Shown piece by piece: positions 40,317 through 55,273 of a stretch of 64,000 nt of DNA; position 1 is the first letter of the stretch; each line of letters begins with the position of its first letter. The DNA comes from Eledone cirrhosa (lineage: Eukaryota): assembly GCA_964016885.1 (NCBI GenBank), contig OZ024746.1, forward strand, positions 72,044,001-72,108,000. Direction: 5' to 3'. The notes beneath the pieces were generated by a model. It was not told the origin of the DNA. It searched no databases and saw only the letters and a program-made list of their open reading frames with translations. A program made the translations under genes and the position numbers.

Positions 40317-40446
40317 GAATCTAGCTGTTGAAACCGCCGGAGCTCAGCCGTCGGGGTGGTCTTGAATTTTTTCATATATATATGTATGAGTTCGGATCTA
40401 GCTGTCGAAACGGCCGGAGCTCAGCCGCCGGGGTCCTGACTCTTTT

Positions 40447-40576
<130 letters not shown>

Positions 40577-40744
40577 ATAGAAATAGGATATTTCGCTTCA
40601 AGCATAGCTTTATACAAATATGTATAGAAATTTCGTATTTCTAAAGAAATACGGTATGTTTACAGGAAACATTTAGGAAGCCGTAGCTATGCAAACACCG
40701 GGGCTAACGCCCTCTGGTGGTGTCCAGCAGAGGCAAGGGGGACA

Positions 40745-40788
40745 ACCGTCTATGCATTTCAGGCTTAACTGGCCTTCATCAGGACGGT
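40745..40788 (-). ncRNA. Minimal type I hammerhead ribozyme
   Basis: ACCGUC-CUGAUGA-AGGC caguuaa GCCU-GAAA-UGCA-UA^-GACGGU: stems I and II perfect, palindromic minimal stem III. Confidence 0.85.
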
Positions 40789-40854
40789 CCCTACTACCGC
40801 TTGCAACTGCTGGACTTATATATATAGTTAATAAAAAAATTAGAAACTAAGGTT

Positions 40855-41040
40855 CTTCTTCTTCGCCCATTTATCCCTGAGATGGTCATGGTATCAGAGT
40901 CCTCAAACACTCCTTCCAGCGGGTCCTGTCGGTAGCAACCGTTTCCAACTGATTCGGCTGAATCCCCAAGTGAGACCAGCCAAGCTTATTGATGTTATCT
41001 AACCATCTGGCTCGGGGTCTATCTCTGGGTCTCCTGATTC
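40855..41040 (-). mobile_element. 3' end of an RTE LINE
   Basis: Minus strand RRPRDRPRARWLDNI followed by a short (AAG)n tail. Confidence 0.6.
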
Positions 41041-41203
41041 ATATTTTTTTCCTGTCTATAAGTGCTTATATCCCCAACTTGCACTATTTTCAGCCAGACA
41101 AAAACCCTACTTTGTAGCCATTAACTTTACTCTAAGTTAACTTCATTTTCAAAATTCCTAACTCGTTCAATGCTTATAAAAATAGATTGTTTACACACAT
41201 ACA

Positions 41204-41331
<128 letters not shown>

Positions 41332-41527
41332 CGAAGGAAATGTGGTAAGGAACCAGATGGACCATAACGCACCAAAGTACTCAATACTTAGGGTAGTAGA
41401 GTGAGTAATAGGAACGAGTAGGACCCCGACGGCTGAGCTCAAGCCGTTTAGCCGTCGAAACGGCTTGAGCTCAGCCGTCGGAGTCCTACTCGTTCCTATA
41501 TATATATATATATATAAACGGAAAAAA

Positions 41528-41561
<34 letters not shown>

Positions 41562-41663
41562 GGAAAAAATGAAACGAAATTTCATTTCCCACTCTTAGTG
41601 CGGCTGCTACTTAAATATAAGTATGTATACGTACATACATGTATGTATACAGACGTACAGTAG

Positions 41664-41735
<72 letters not shown>

Positions 41736-41929
41736 CATGCACACATATATATATGTACGTATGGATTCACCGAACATTTATTATAATGCTCGGTGTGTTT
41801 GTAAACAAATATCCCGAATTAAGCCGTACAGTGTCTAGCAACCATCGTTGCTCATTTGTTCAACACTGACAAAGGAACGCTGTACTAGTTTCAAGCTTAT
41901 TAGCGTTCAACCATCTGGCAGGAAGGTAT

Positions 41930-41972
41930 ACGTTGCTGACGATAGCTAATAAGCTTGAAACTAGTACAGCGT
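41930..41972 (+). ncRNA. Minimal type I hammerhead ribozyme in fold-back 41621-42185
   Basis: ACGUUG-CUGACGA-uAGCUaauaAGCUu-GAAA-CUAG-UA^-CAGCGU. Confidence 0.8.
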
Positions 41973-42176
41973 TCCTTTGTCAGTGTTGAACAAATGAGCA
42001 ACGATGGTTGCTAGACACTGTACGGCTTAATTCGGGATGTTTGTTTACAAACACACCGAGCATTATAATAAATGTTCGGTGAATCCATACGTACATATAT
42101 ATATGTGTGCATGTATGTATATATATATATATATATACATACTACTATACGTCTGTATACATATATGTATGTACGT

Positions 42177-42244
<68 letters not shown>

Positions 42245-42249
<5 letters not shown>

Positions 42250-43012
42250 ATGGAGAATAGAATTGGCTGTGTAGTTGCTATTTAAGGTAACTTAAAATGC
42301 AGTGGGAATACGAAGAAAGCAAGAACGGGGGGGGGGTCCTCATCAGTTGTCTACTGGGGGTCTCGGATATTTCTACGCTTTAAAGATAAGATATCTACCG
42401 CCCAGGGCGTTCAATAAATGAGTAAGTTATTGGAAAAACGGAAGAAGGAGGGAAGGAAAGCAATGGGGAAGAAAAGAGAAAACAGTAACAAAACAGCGAA
42501 AAAAACAAACAAACCGAGCAATATGCGAGCAACTATAGGTAGGAAATCCCAAACCACTCGATAAGAGAACTTAAGTCCAAGACTAAGTGGTCGAGAGGAA
42601 AGAGACACACGTCCGATCGCCGCAGTTGTAAGTGAGAAGAGAACTGCTAAAGGTTCAGGCGAGGGGGTGAAAGTGAGAGGGAGAAAGGGAGAGGAAGAAA
42701 GTGGGGTAAGAGTAGATAGGCAGAAAGGGAAGGGAAGAAAGAGGGATGAGAGTAGAAAGTAGCGAAATAGGTAGGTAGAAGGGGAGAGCAAAATGGTCAC
42801 AGCGAAAAACATGATGAAATATATGGAGACTAGAAATGGTTGTGTAGTTGCTATTTAAGGTAACTTAAAATGTAGTGGGAATATGAAGAAAGCAAGAACG
42901 GGGTTGGGGAGTTTTCCTCATCGGTTGTCTACTGGGAGTCTCGGATATTTCTACGCTTTAAAGACAAGATATCTACCGCCCAGGGCGTTCAATAACTGGG
43001 TAAGTTATTGGG
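42245..43012. repeat. Approximately 185-bp direct repeats (42245-42432, 42820-43012) flanking a purine-rich spacer; pLTR-like
   Basis: Direct similarity visible; begins at a (TA)n tract. Confidence 0.7.
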
Positions 43013-43262
43013 AATTACAGTTTGCATCATCAACCATATCAGCTTTATTATAATTTTGAATATATAGCATTTAACGTCCCTTTTTTTTTGTTTCCTAAAT
43101 TTATAGACGCAAAATATGACAGAAAGGAACGTGCTAGAATTGTCTGCGGGAATCGAGCCACGCATCTCTTGTAGACCGATTGTATAAATGCGTCGGTTAA
43201 GTCATAAACACTCTTGGTCATTTGTTTTATATTATAAATATTTATACATGTATATATTTATA

Positions 43263-43331
<69 letters not shown>

Positions 43332-43788
43332 TAAAATAACAGATTAAAGTTTAAGCAAAGAATCGCTGCTTTCACCCTTAACGGGATCTTCTGAAACTAA
43401 CAAAGTCAATCTGTAAACGCAGAAGGGGATATTTCAAAAAACGTTGCAACCGGAGGAAGACAGGAAGACGATACTTTGGTTCGTGGAAACGTTCCCTTCA
43501 CAAAACATACAGGTAATATATACTTACCTATGCAAATAAGTAATAGTATAAACATAACATATACTTACTCTTACTCCGGTTGCAACGTTTTTTGAAATAT
43601 CCACTTCTGCGTTTACAGATTGACTTTGTTAGTTTCAGAAGATCCCGTTAAGGGTGAAAGCAGCGATTCTTTGCTTAAACTTTAATCTGTTATTTTAATA
43701 AATATTTGCTCTACGGTTCTTATATATTTGATATATATTTATCCTTATCGAGCCCTCTTTGGATTTTAGTCTTCAAATTTATTATTAT

Positions 43789-43829
<41 letters not shown>

Positions 43830-43878
43830 TAAGTTATTCCGGGTTGAATCGGAGGTAACCACAGTAAGTAAGGTACTC

Positions 43879-43925
43879 ATTCCTGATGATTTCTCAAGAA
43901 TGAAACAGTTCTAGCCCTGTAGAAT
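43879..43925 (+). ncRNA. Type I hammerhead ribozyme
   Basis: AUUC-CUGAUGA-uUUCucaaGAAu-GAAA-CAG uucuagcc CUG-UA^-GAAU. A degenerate relative lies at 57788-57848. Confidence 0.8.
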
Positions 43926-43933
43926 CTCATATG

Positions 43934-44038
<105 letters not shown>

Positions 44039-44088
44039 ATATGTATATGCACATGTATATATCATATATATATAAATTTATCTCTCTC

Positions 44089-44122
<34 letters not shown>

Positions 44123-44220
44123 AGTGAGTGTATGTGTATATGTATATATATATACATACATATATATACATATGTGTATATATATATATATACATATATA
44201 TACATATATGTATATATATA

Positions 44221-44355
<135 letters not shown>

Positions 44356-44364
44356 ATATATTTA

Positions 44365-44412
<48 letters not shown>

Positions 44413-44675
44413 TGTATATATACTGTATTTTGCAATACACCGTATGCTCAATTAAAAGCATTTCGAAGACCTTACGCTATTGTTTTAGAGTAGTGACAAT
44501 CTCACTTACTTTAAATTTTCAGCAAACAGGGGAGATAAAGCTGACAGAACTCTGTTTCATACTTCTTGGTACTTATCAAAGCTAAGTACTCCACCTGTTT
44601 GCTGAAAATCATGAATGTTTGATTCTTATAGATTCCTGATTATTACTAGAATTCTATAAGAATCAAACATTCATG

Positions 44676-44770
44676 ATTTTCAGCAAACAGGTGGAGTACT
44701 TAGCTTTGATAAGTACCAAAAAGTACGAAACAGAGTTCTGTCAGCTTTATCTCCCCTGTTTGCTGAAAAT
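44676..44770 (+). ncRNA. Full-size type I hammerhead ribozyme, U3-A8 core, extended stem I; inverted copy core at 44539-44583
   Basis: AGCU-UUGAUAA-GUAC caaaaa GUAC-GAAA-CAG aguu CUG-UC^-AGCU. Stem I continues past an internal loop into an approximately 20-bp helix (44676-44696 with 44751-44770). Confidence 0.85.
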
Positions 44771-45088
44771 TTAAAGTAAGTGAGACTGTCACTACTCTAA
44801 AACAATAGCGTAAGGTCTTCGAAATGCTTTTAATTAAGCATACAGTGTATTGCAAAATACACTATATATACATTCATATATTTATCGCTATTTCAGACCA
44901 CCAATTCTAATTTTCAATTTCTGCTTGACCAACAACCGCTCTGTATAATCAGTTCCTGATTATTACTAGAATTCTATAAGAATCAAACATTCATGATTTT
45001 CAGCAAACAGGTGGAGTACTTAGCTTTGATAAATACCAAAAAGCACTATATATACATTCATATTATCGCTATTTCAGAGCACCAATTC

Positions 45089-45784
<696 letters not shown>

Positions 45785-46307
45785 TCGTTTGGAAGCCTCG
45801 ACAATGCAAATGGGTAAATCTCCGGGTAACAAGGTCCGGTGGTGGAGAGAGAGATGTAAGTGGGCGTACGTTGAGATGCGTGGTGTGTATAAGATGTGTG
45901 AGATGTGTAGAATGGAGGGAAGAGTAAAAGGATAAAAATAAAAATAACAACACAAGAGAGAGTTACCTTTGGAGAAATTTAATAGTCCCTATATATTTCG
46001 GATTCACATCCATCAACTGGGGTTTTTTTCCGGGGTGGGGGAAAAGGTTGTCTGTCGGACAAGTCCGGAAGGCGTCTTTCGCTGTTTGCTGTTGTTATTT
46101 TTATTTTTATCCTTTTACTCTTCCCTCCATTCTACACATCTCACACATCTTATACACACCACGCATCTCAACGTACACCCACTTACATCTCTCTCTCCAC
46201 CACCGGACCTTGTTACCCGGAGATTTACCCATTTGCATTGTCGAGGCTTCCAAACGACTTATAGATATTTACTTATTGTTCCACAATGCTTCAAGCAAAC
46301 TTCAATA

Positions 46308-46347
<40 letters not shown>

Positions 46348-46756
46348 GTGTGTGTGTATTACTCCACATTCTCATTAACAAGAATATATGTACCTGTGTA
46401 CTCACGTCTATACATGCTATCGTATGGAGAACTGTCTATTTGCTAACATGCTAGTATATGCGTTAAGCCATGTGTTAGAAGTACAAGAATATACAAAGAT
46501 AACCACATACTTTAGCAGATGGAAACAGTGGAACCACGAGGAATTGGTAATTATCAGACATGGCACTTTTTTCAAGCTGTTGAAAAGAATATGAAATTTG
46601 TAAAACAAAATAACAAAATAATATCGTCTGACGAAGATGAAAAAAATATAACATTTATAGCTCACATATATATTGGTTTAGCTGACCCCATATAAGACTA
46701 TATCACATAGGTTTCTCAGAGGTTTTAATTATTCTGGCCTTACACCTATAATATAG

Positions 46757-46847
<91 letters not shown>

Positions 46848-46952
46848 CGAAACGTTAAGACAGAAGTTACAATCATATTTATTAATTATACCTATTTCTG
46901 TGACACCAGCATGGAGCCGTTGAGCAACCAACTGTATTTACAATTATTATAC

Positions 46953-47029
<77 letters not shown>

Positions 47030-47178
47030 TAGATAATAGTAGAACACTGTTGGGTTATATCCGTAGTAGTAGAGTTGTTTTTCCTTTTCCGTACAACCTC
47101 ATTTAAACCGAGCTGTTGATCCGAATAAGGTGAAACAATTGTTCTCGGTAATGGTGAACTAACTGTTGTGGAACTACT

Positions 47179-47235
<57 letters not shown>

Positions 47236-47303
47236 CTCACAGTTGGGTGCGGATGCATTCATGTATATATGTGTGTGTCCGCATGTATCTGTGTGTTTCT
47301 AAT

Positions 47304-47346
<43 letters not shown>

Positions 47347-47937
47347 GTAGAGGAATTAACTATGGCTACCAATGGAACACTATAAACCAGAGAGGAAAGG
47401 ACAATGCCCAAGACGCTTTGGTACGAAAGGAAGGAAGGAGAGGACCGAAATACTTGACCCGCATGCTTGCCCCTCTGGGAAAGGCCTCCAACGGCTAACT
47501 GGCAGTCTTAAACAAGGAGACCTATTAAGTCTACCACTTAAGTACACCACCGCTGCGGGATTTGAACTCAGAATGCATAGAGACCAAACACTGCAAACTA
47601 TTATATCCGATGCTCTAATAATTCTGCGGATCAACCGCCCAATATTTTGATATTAAAAATAACGGCTTTTAATCTACGCAAAAGGCCAGCAATTTGGGGG
47701 ACACGGAAAGTCGATTAAATCGACCCGGCACTTGACTGGTACTTTATTTTATCGACACCGAAATGGTGAAAAACAAGCTGACCCTGGCAAGAGTTGAACT
47801 CAGTACGTAAAGGGCCGAAAAATACTGCTACGCACTTGTCTCATGCTCTACTGATTCTGCCAGCACACTACCTTCAATAAAAATATTAATGAGAACATTT
47901 CAAAACTAAAACAATATATATATATATATATATTTAC

Positions 47938-48146
47938 GTTAAGTATACCGGCCATAGTTAAATTGAAGTGTTCTTCTGAAAAAGGTGGACGGGTGTAAAT
48001 GGAAATTTTGAGATTCTCTGAAAAATTGAGAGACATTTCAAATGTCTCGCTGAAATTTGGAGTGGTTGATGATAGAACTACCTCTGATTTGTGTATCTTA
48101 CTGAAGTAGCCACTGAAACTGTCCACTTCTAAGGTGAGGTAACTAT
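47938..48146 (-). CDS. BCR/ABR-like C2-domain exon
   Basis: Polypyrimidine + ccAG acceptor, GTAAAT donor. SYLTLEVDSFSGYFSKIHKSEV..PNFSETFEMSL resembles ABR [32 protein letters not shown]. Confidence 0.88.
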
Positions 48147-48509
48147 CTGGAATAAATGAAAGAAAGAAAGAAAAGACAAGGGAATATATGAACTCGGACA
48201 GTTGTATTGTTTCAGTATTCTTAGCTATACGGCAGTGATAGAATTCATATATAATGGTTTTGAATTCAAACACAAAACCAGCGGAGAAAGCTGCTTATAT
48301 CGACCCGTGAATAAGTACCAATCCAGGGATAGTGGATTGACGGAATCGGTACAAAGTCGGGTGGAATTATTTCAGGTATCATTTCCAACTCTGAGCGTTC
48401 AGAGTTGAAATCCCACCGCCGGTCACCAGAAAAGCGGTGATGATCGGCAAATAGTCTACCCCTTCTCGTATGAAGTAATTGACCTAAAACAGCAATCATT
48501 AACATTCAC

Positions 48510-48568
48510 AAATATCAAGTGGAGTATGTTCATGACATTTTGTACTCCAATGTAGGTGGAAATAATGA
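48510..48568 (-). CDS. Candidate small exon of the BCR/ABR-like gene
   Basis: ctctAG..GTGAAT, phase 2 to 1. It restores frame between the 56357 and 48146 exons but has no recognisable homology. Confidence 0.3.
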
Positions 48569-49137
48569 CTAGAGAGACATAAGTGTTACTTTATTTTATG
48601 GATCCTTACAGGATGAAAGCCAAAATTGACTTCGGTGGTGCTGAAACTCAAAGTCCAATGAATTACCTTTTAACGTTGGGGGTTTTTTTTTTGGGGGGGG
48701 GGGGGGGTTACGTTTGTAAAAGTTTAGTGAAGTCCAGGGCTTATCTAGATTTCATGAACTTTGACGACTGAAAATCCTATACTCCGCGCTGGACAGAACA
48801 CTGATGTTCATTAAGAGTTGAGTGAACTAGACAACGTTATATGTGATCCGGTCGGGGAATCAAATCAACGAACTTTTGGTCGTGATCTCACCACTCAACC
48901 ACTGGGCCGTAAGCCTTCAGTACAAACAACTGGAAGAAGTATGGCAAATTATTTTTTTTTTCTAAGCTCAAAGGACTCTGCATGTTGTATCAACATAATA
49001 CATAACAATCAAACTACAAACCTGCATTTTCTCCGAAACTATGGATCTGGTGTACTGTAACATCCAGACTTCCTGTATAGAAACGTATGTCATCGGCTGC
49101 AAAATAAACAGAGATTGTATATGCACGCGCACACACA

Positions 49138-49178
<41 letters not shown>

Positions 49179-49181
49179 GCG

Positions 49182-49215
<34 letters not shown>

Positions 49216-49295
49216 TACACACATACATACACACATACACACACACATACATATACACACATTCACACACACATACACACATACAGACACATACA

Positions 49296-49364
<69 letters not shown>

Positions 49365-49704
49365 ACACATACACATACACACACACACATACACACGCAC
49401 AAACACACGCACAAACACACACACACACACAAACACACATATACACGCACAAACACACACACATACGCGCGCACAAACACACTCACATACACGCACACAT
49501 ACACACACACATACACACACATACACACACACACACATACACACTCATATACATATATAGATACGTACAGAAAGTCAAATAGGATCCACGACGACCTCCA
49601 GGAGTTGACTGATGAGAAAGGACTGTGCTGCGTTTTCTGTTTTTCCGTTTTCCTCGCCCACCCAATTTTTTCAAAAAAAACTAAACCATGGTAGGGAGAT
49701 CGAT

Positions 49705-49793
<89 letters not shown>

Positions 49794-49869
49794 AATAACA
49801 GGAGGCTGTTATTTTATAATATATATAATATATATATATATATAATATATATATATAATATATATATAT

Positions 49870-49923
<54 letters not shown>

Positions 49924-50130
49924 ATATATATATATATATTATAATATATATATATAATATATATATATAATATATATATATAATATATATATATTATATA
50001 TATATATAATATATATAATATATATATATAATATATTATAATATATATATATAATATATATATATAATATATATATATATTATAATATATATATATAATA
50101 TATATATATATTATAATATATATATATAAT

Positions 50131-50173
<43 letters not shown>

Positions 50174-50203
50174 AATATATATATATATATATATTATAAT
50201 AAT

Positions 50204-50234
<31 letters not shown>

Positions 50235-50242
50235 TATAATAT

Positions 50243-50326
<84 letters not shown>

Positions 50327-50670
50327 AATAACAGGAAGCTGGACTGGTGTAATTCCTTAAAAGGTTTATTATATTAAGATCATTTCAGGGACCGGGTTCA
50401 GTATGAATCGGGTGACATCATCAGGTATTAGAAATTTAACAAAGGAATATAATAGACAAAATCCATGGGGCTGAAAAGCAGACACAGGAGGGCGGCCGAA
50501 CATTTACCAGCTTCTAGCCCGGTCAGCCGCCCTCATATCGATCTCCCTACCATGGTTTTGGTTTTCACTTAAGTATAATGTTTTAAATTGATTTTTTGAT
50601 TGGCATTTTATCTATATATTGTATCCATTCATTGAGATGTTTAAGTATACGAGATTAATTAATATTTAAT

Positions 50671-50714
<44 letters not shown>

Positions 50715-50791
50715 CAGGAAAACCCGCCTAACCCATGCTGGCGTGGAAAATGGACGTAAGACGGAGGTGATGAGAATATATGTATATACAC

Positions 50792-50829
<38 letters not shown>

Positions 50830-51181
50830 GAAAGACGTAAAATAAGAAAATTTAAAAAAAAATTAAAAATTAACTTACTTATTAAAATAGTCACTCCAAC
50901 TAATTAGTTTCTGTAATGGGATAAAGATAGTTACGTAATATAACCATCGAGAATTCATTACGTCATCAGGGAGTCTATTTTCAGCTAAGTCTCCAGGCAA
51001 TGCGCGGACACTAGGGACTCATATAAAAATAATAATAATTCGGTGCCATTTGACCAGAGGCAGCTAACTTTTTCAGTGCATGGAATCTAGTCCCCGCTAG
51101 CTGTTCCTTCCACCGAATTATTATTATTTTTATACGAGTCCCTAGTGTCCGCGTATTGCCTGGAGACTTAGCTGAGAATAG

Positions 51182-51263
51182 ACTCCCTGATGACGTAATG
51201 AACTCTCGATGGTTATATTACGTAACTATCTTTATCCCATTACAGAAACTAATTAGTTGGAGT
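51182..51263 (+). ncRNA. Type I hammerhead ribozyme with long stem II; inverted copy at 50893-50974
   Basis: ACUCC-CUGAUGA-cGUAAUG..CAUUACa-GAAA-CUAAUUAG-UU^-GGAGU. Confidence 0.8.
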
Positions 51264-51444
51264 GAAAATTTTAGTAAGTAAGTTAATTTTTAATTTTTTT
51301 TTAAATTTTCTTATTTTACGTCTTTCATATTATTGTTCTGCATCCTCCTGCATTGAACCACCTAGGTACTATGACATAACTTATGTATTTGCTAGCATTA
51401 GTGTACATCTGTACGCATATGTTGGTAGATATACTAATTCTCTG

Positions 51445-51529
<85 letters not shown>

Positions 51530-51543
51530 CATTATCATGATAT

Positions 51544-54500
51544 TAGGTGTGTGTGGGGTGGGGGGGGGGGATGATAAATATGGATTTTTTTCCGGGCCCC
51601 CTTTAAAATATGTAGTGACCCATACCATTCACTGAAATCATACTAAACAAATTTCCCGAGGGCCGGAACCCCCCTGTACATACCCCCTGAAGTTGAGGAT
51701 AGTCGAAAAGAAGGAAAAGTCGGCTATTATTGCACCTATACTCGATATTTTTCGTCAGAATGGGGGTTTTGGGGGTCGATAAACTCATTTATGGTATTTT
51801 TTTTGCATTACGACCATCCACTATGCCGGAAATCCAGGATAGCGACCAAAATCCAAGATGGCGACCAAAATTCGATATGACGGGTACAATCATTTTCACT
51901 GCGAGAGTTATGTTGTCTCATGTAATAAATAGTTTCTCATGTTTAACATCTACCGAATTCGTTGTTGCTTCTTTCTTTAGCCGAACATGTACTTCCCCGT
52001 GATCTCACATGCACCATATCTTTCGTACTTTCAGATTAACGTCCAATTTTTGAAATGGCATACAGGCACACAAAATTACCATTGCGATCGTCCGCGAAGA
52101 AGATTCTTGGTGAACTGGAATATGTGGAAACTGCAGGATTCCCCAATGGACTTCTACCCACAAAAAGGAATGTTATCACGAACATGATGTATCTAATGCG
52201 ACCATCACGAGCAGGCCAGAGTCAGAGATCAAAAGAAGAAGCAGCATTGTCCCTCTCATATGTGCTATCAGAACACTGGATTTTTTGTAACGTATGTACA
52301 GTGACGATAAAACATATAAAACGGAAAATACTTCAATTATATGCAGAATTTCAACGACTATATCAAACGAGGAAGAACAGGAGAAATGAAAAATACTTGG
52401 AGGAGGTTAAAAAATTTAACAACGAAGTGGATTATATATTTGATATATTCTGCGAGAACGCCGTAGTGAGGAAGAGACTAGAAAAGTACCACGGATTCAG
52501 CATGACAGACGATGAGTGGGAATTCCTTCATGATCAGCGCAAGGACCGTGAAATGTTTTGTGAGAATTTCATAGATAAAAAGTGGGAAAAGACAATGAAA
52601 AGGAGGAAAAGTGACATTGAATCTTTGGAAAGACAGATGCAGAGAGCTGAAAAAGAGCAAGAAATGATCCAATTATTTATGTATGTGGTCGGACTCTACC
52701 GAAGACAACGAACAAGTTGCGGACGTTGATTTCTCATCTGACAGTGCTCCGTCGGTTCCTAAGAAGCGTAATGTTGTGGCATCATTGGACTTCGGAAATG
52801 ATCTTCTACCCCGATGTTTCAGACACCTACGAATCAGTGAGGGGATAATAAAGCCGGAAGTATACGAAACTATCGATGAACTGAAATCCATAACTCATAT
52901 GTCTGAAAATCAGGCTAATGCCGCGATAGTTGTTGTTGGAAATAAATTGTTTGAGAGGAAATGGAAGTCACATAACGAAATCGACGTGATCGATCTCGAT
53001 ACTTTACCTCATAAACGTAATATTCGAGAGAGCGGAAAAAGTATTGAAATGATAGCACTGGACTGCATAGTTAAGGAAATCATGTCTTCAGATACCAACA
53101 GCGTGATTACCTATCACGACGACGGGTCCAAAAAACAAGGTGTTGGATCTTTCAGTGTACAGGGCATGACAGTTAGTGGAAAGTACAGAGAGCTTCCTAC
53201 CGACAGCGTCTGAATCACGACAGAACTTGGCTGATTTAAAATTGGCTGTTTTGTCCATACTAGAAGCTGCAAGTGAGGTACCCGTCAAATTGCTCTTCGA
53301 AAAAATTGATTTTGTGATAACTGATCAGACATCACACAATTTCGAGGTTGAGGCGATCCTAGCTGAAAAACTAGAGACTGAACACGTTCCAGACCACCTT
53401 TTCTGTAATGTTCATCCTTCCCTCATGTTCAACAGGGTTTTGACGAAGCTGTGGTCTGAAATTGAAAACGAAATTGGTAGAGACAAAATCTTCTCGAGTT
53501 TTCTAGTGAATGCAACTACTAATGCCTCAAGCGTCACAGAGCAAACCCTCGACTCTATAACAAGATTGATATGCCATGATTTCGACCACAAAAATTGGAA
53601 CAAGGCGAATGACTTTGACTCGTTTATACATCCACGCAAAAACAAGTCCGTTTCATTGAAAGATGAACGGTTCAATCGGTTTACCATAACTTGTGCAGTT
53701 ACGCTGTATCACCTAGACGATGTAGCCGCATACGTTCAGAAATTCGAGCATGTAACTAACCAGTTGGCGTGCATAGTGCGCTGTTTTATGAATATGGACT
53801 TCTTCCGGGTGTTGTTCTGCAGTGGAGTTATCATCGGATTGCAATGTAGAGCCATTCTTATCACTCACGACTGCACAAGCGACGGACTATCCCAAACTGG
53901 CGATAGCATTCAATAAGATCTACGATGATTTGATACATATTGATCCCAGCAAATTATTATCTACCGGCCAACCAGCTTTGAGTTTCGTATCAGAAGAACG
54001 TTTCAGACAGATCCGATATGATGACGAAATGTGCGATGCGATAAATGCGGCGACCAGCGAGTTGAGAGATGATGTACTCAAAGTCATAAAGGTGCTCTTA
54101 CCGAAGTTAGGTGATGGCTTCCAGAAGCAAAAGGGCGACATATTCGGATTTGGAGAAGCTCCATACGCCTTATCAAAGATGGACACTACCAAACTTGAAA
54201 AAGCGCCTATTCACAACCTCGATTCAGAAAGAGGCGTGGGCTTTATTAATTACGAATTGACTCGCCGAGGCGCGAAACAATTGGCCGCCGCTTCTTCATC
54301 TCAAGTAAAGATGAAGGCTAAAGACCTGATCGAAAATGAGTCGGGGTCTTTCGTCAAATACAGGAAGTTGGTTAGAAAAGGCGGCCAAATACCTGAAATT
54401 ATGAAAGCATGGACTGTAAGACAGGAGGAGTTGACACGCGAAGGCCTCGCAAACAAGGAAAATGCCAATATCGCCACCGACAAGCGACGAAACAAGGACC

Positions 54501-55273
54501 TTGATTATCTAAAATCTGTAGGTGGTCCTTTCACTAAAAAGGAGGAGATAGATACATATATGGAGAACGATACAGCTTCGGAAACAGATAAAATAGAAAG
54601 GTTGTATTTAGAAATTAGATATGCAAGGGACACTTCGCTATCGATACCAAAAACCAGCGACATTTTCAAACTGAAAAGCAATTATCGGAAACTAGATGTG
54701 GATACTTACGTGCGAAATCTGAGGGTTTATCTGGAGAAAGTCAGCTGCAAAACGGATGCTACTGTTCAGGACTTTAAAGATGCTTTAGATCACTTGTTGA
54801 ACAATTATAATTTAAAATAAACCAATGATAATGTACCAATGAATCATGCATAATAATTTTTTCAAGCCATAGACTAGAGTTAAGCTCATTTTGTCTTCGG
54901 AAATGCGTTTAAAATATGCCATTCATGAAAAATGATATATTAGTCAATATAGTTGGTTCGATAACAGTTTCCCATATCCGGCATCCTGGATTTCCGGCAT
55001 GTTGGATGGTCGTAATGCAAAAACAATATCATAAATGAGTTTATCGACCCCCCCCCCCCCCCCTTGTGACGAAAATATATCGCGGATAGGTGCAATAATA
55101 GCGGACTTTTCCTTCTTTTCGACCATCCTCAACTTCAGGGGGTATGTACAAGGGGTTCCGGACCTCGGGAAAATATTTTAGTATGATTTCAGTGAATGGT
55201 ATGGGTCACTACATATTTTAAAGGGGGCCCGGAAATTGAGCCTGCAGATTTGTAAATTAACCCCCCCCCCCTA
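51544..55273 (+). mobile_element. hAT-superfamily (hATm/hATw-type) DNA transposon with about 290-bp TIRs and a 7-bp TSD
   Basis: Termini TAGG..CCTA, TIRs about 51544-51840 / 54980-55273, TSD ATGATAT at 51537-51543 and 55274-55280. Confidence 0.85.
52055..54820 (+). pseudogene. Frameshifted hAT-like transposase
   Basis: Four overlapping ORFs. Motifs LLPT..EHW..FDIF..FL.DQR, YHDDGS, FVITDQT, C..H and NLDSERGVG (putative DDE residues). Confidence 0.8.

Noticed and set aside
46855-46931. Candidate exon LVAQRLHAG.. (position of BCR LDPQAL..)
   Set aside because: The acceptor and phase fit, but I found no convincing phase-0 donor.
49700-50330. Long pure-AT tract with a small hairpin
   Set aside because: Interrupted (TA)n microsatellite, possibly with sequencing errors.
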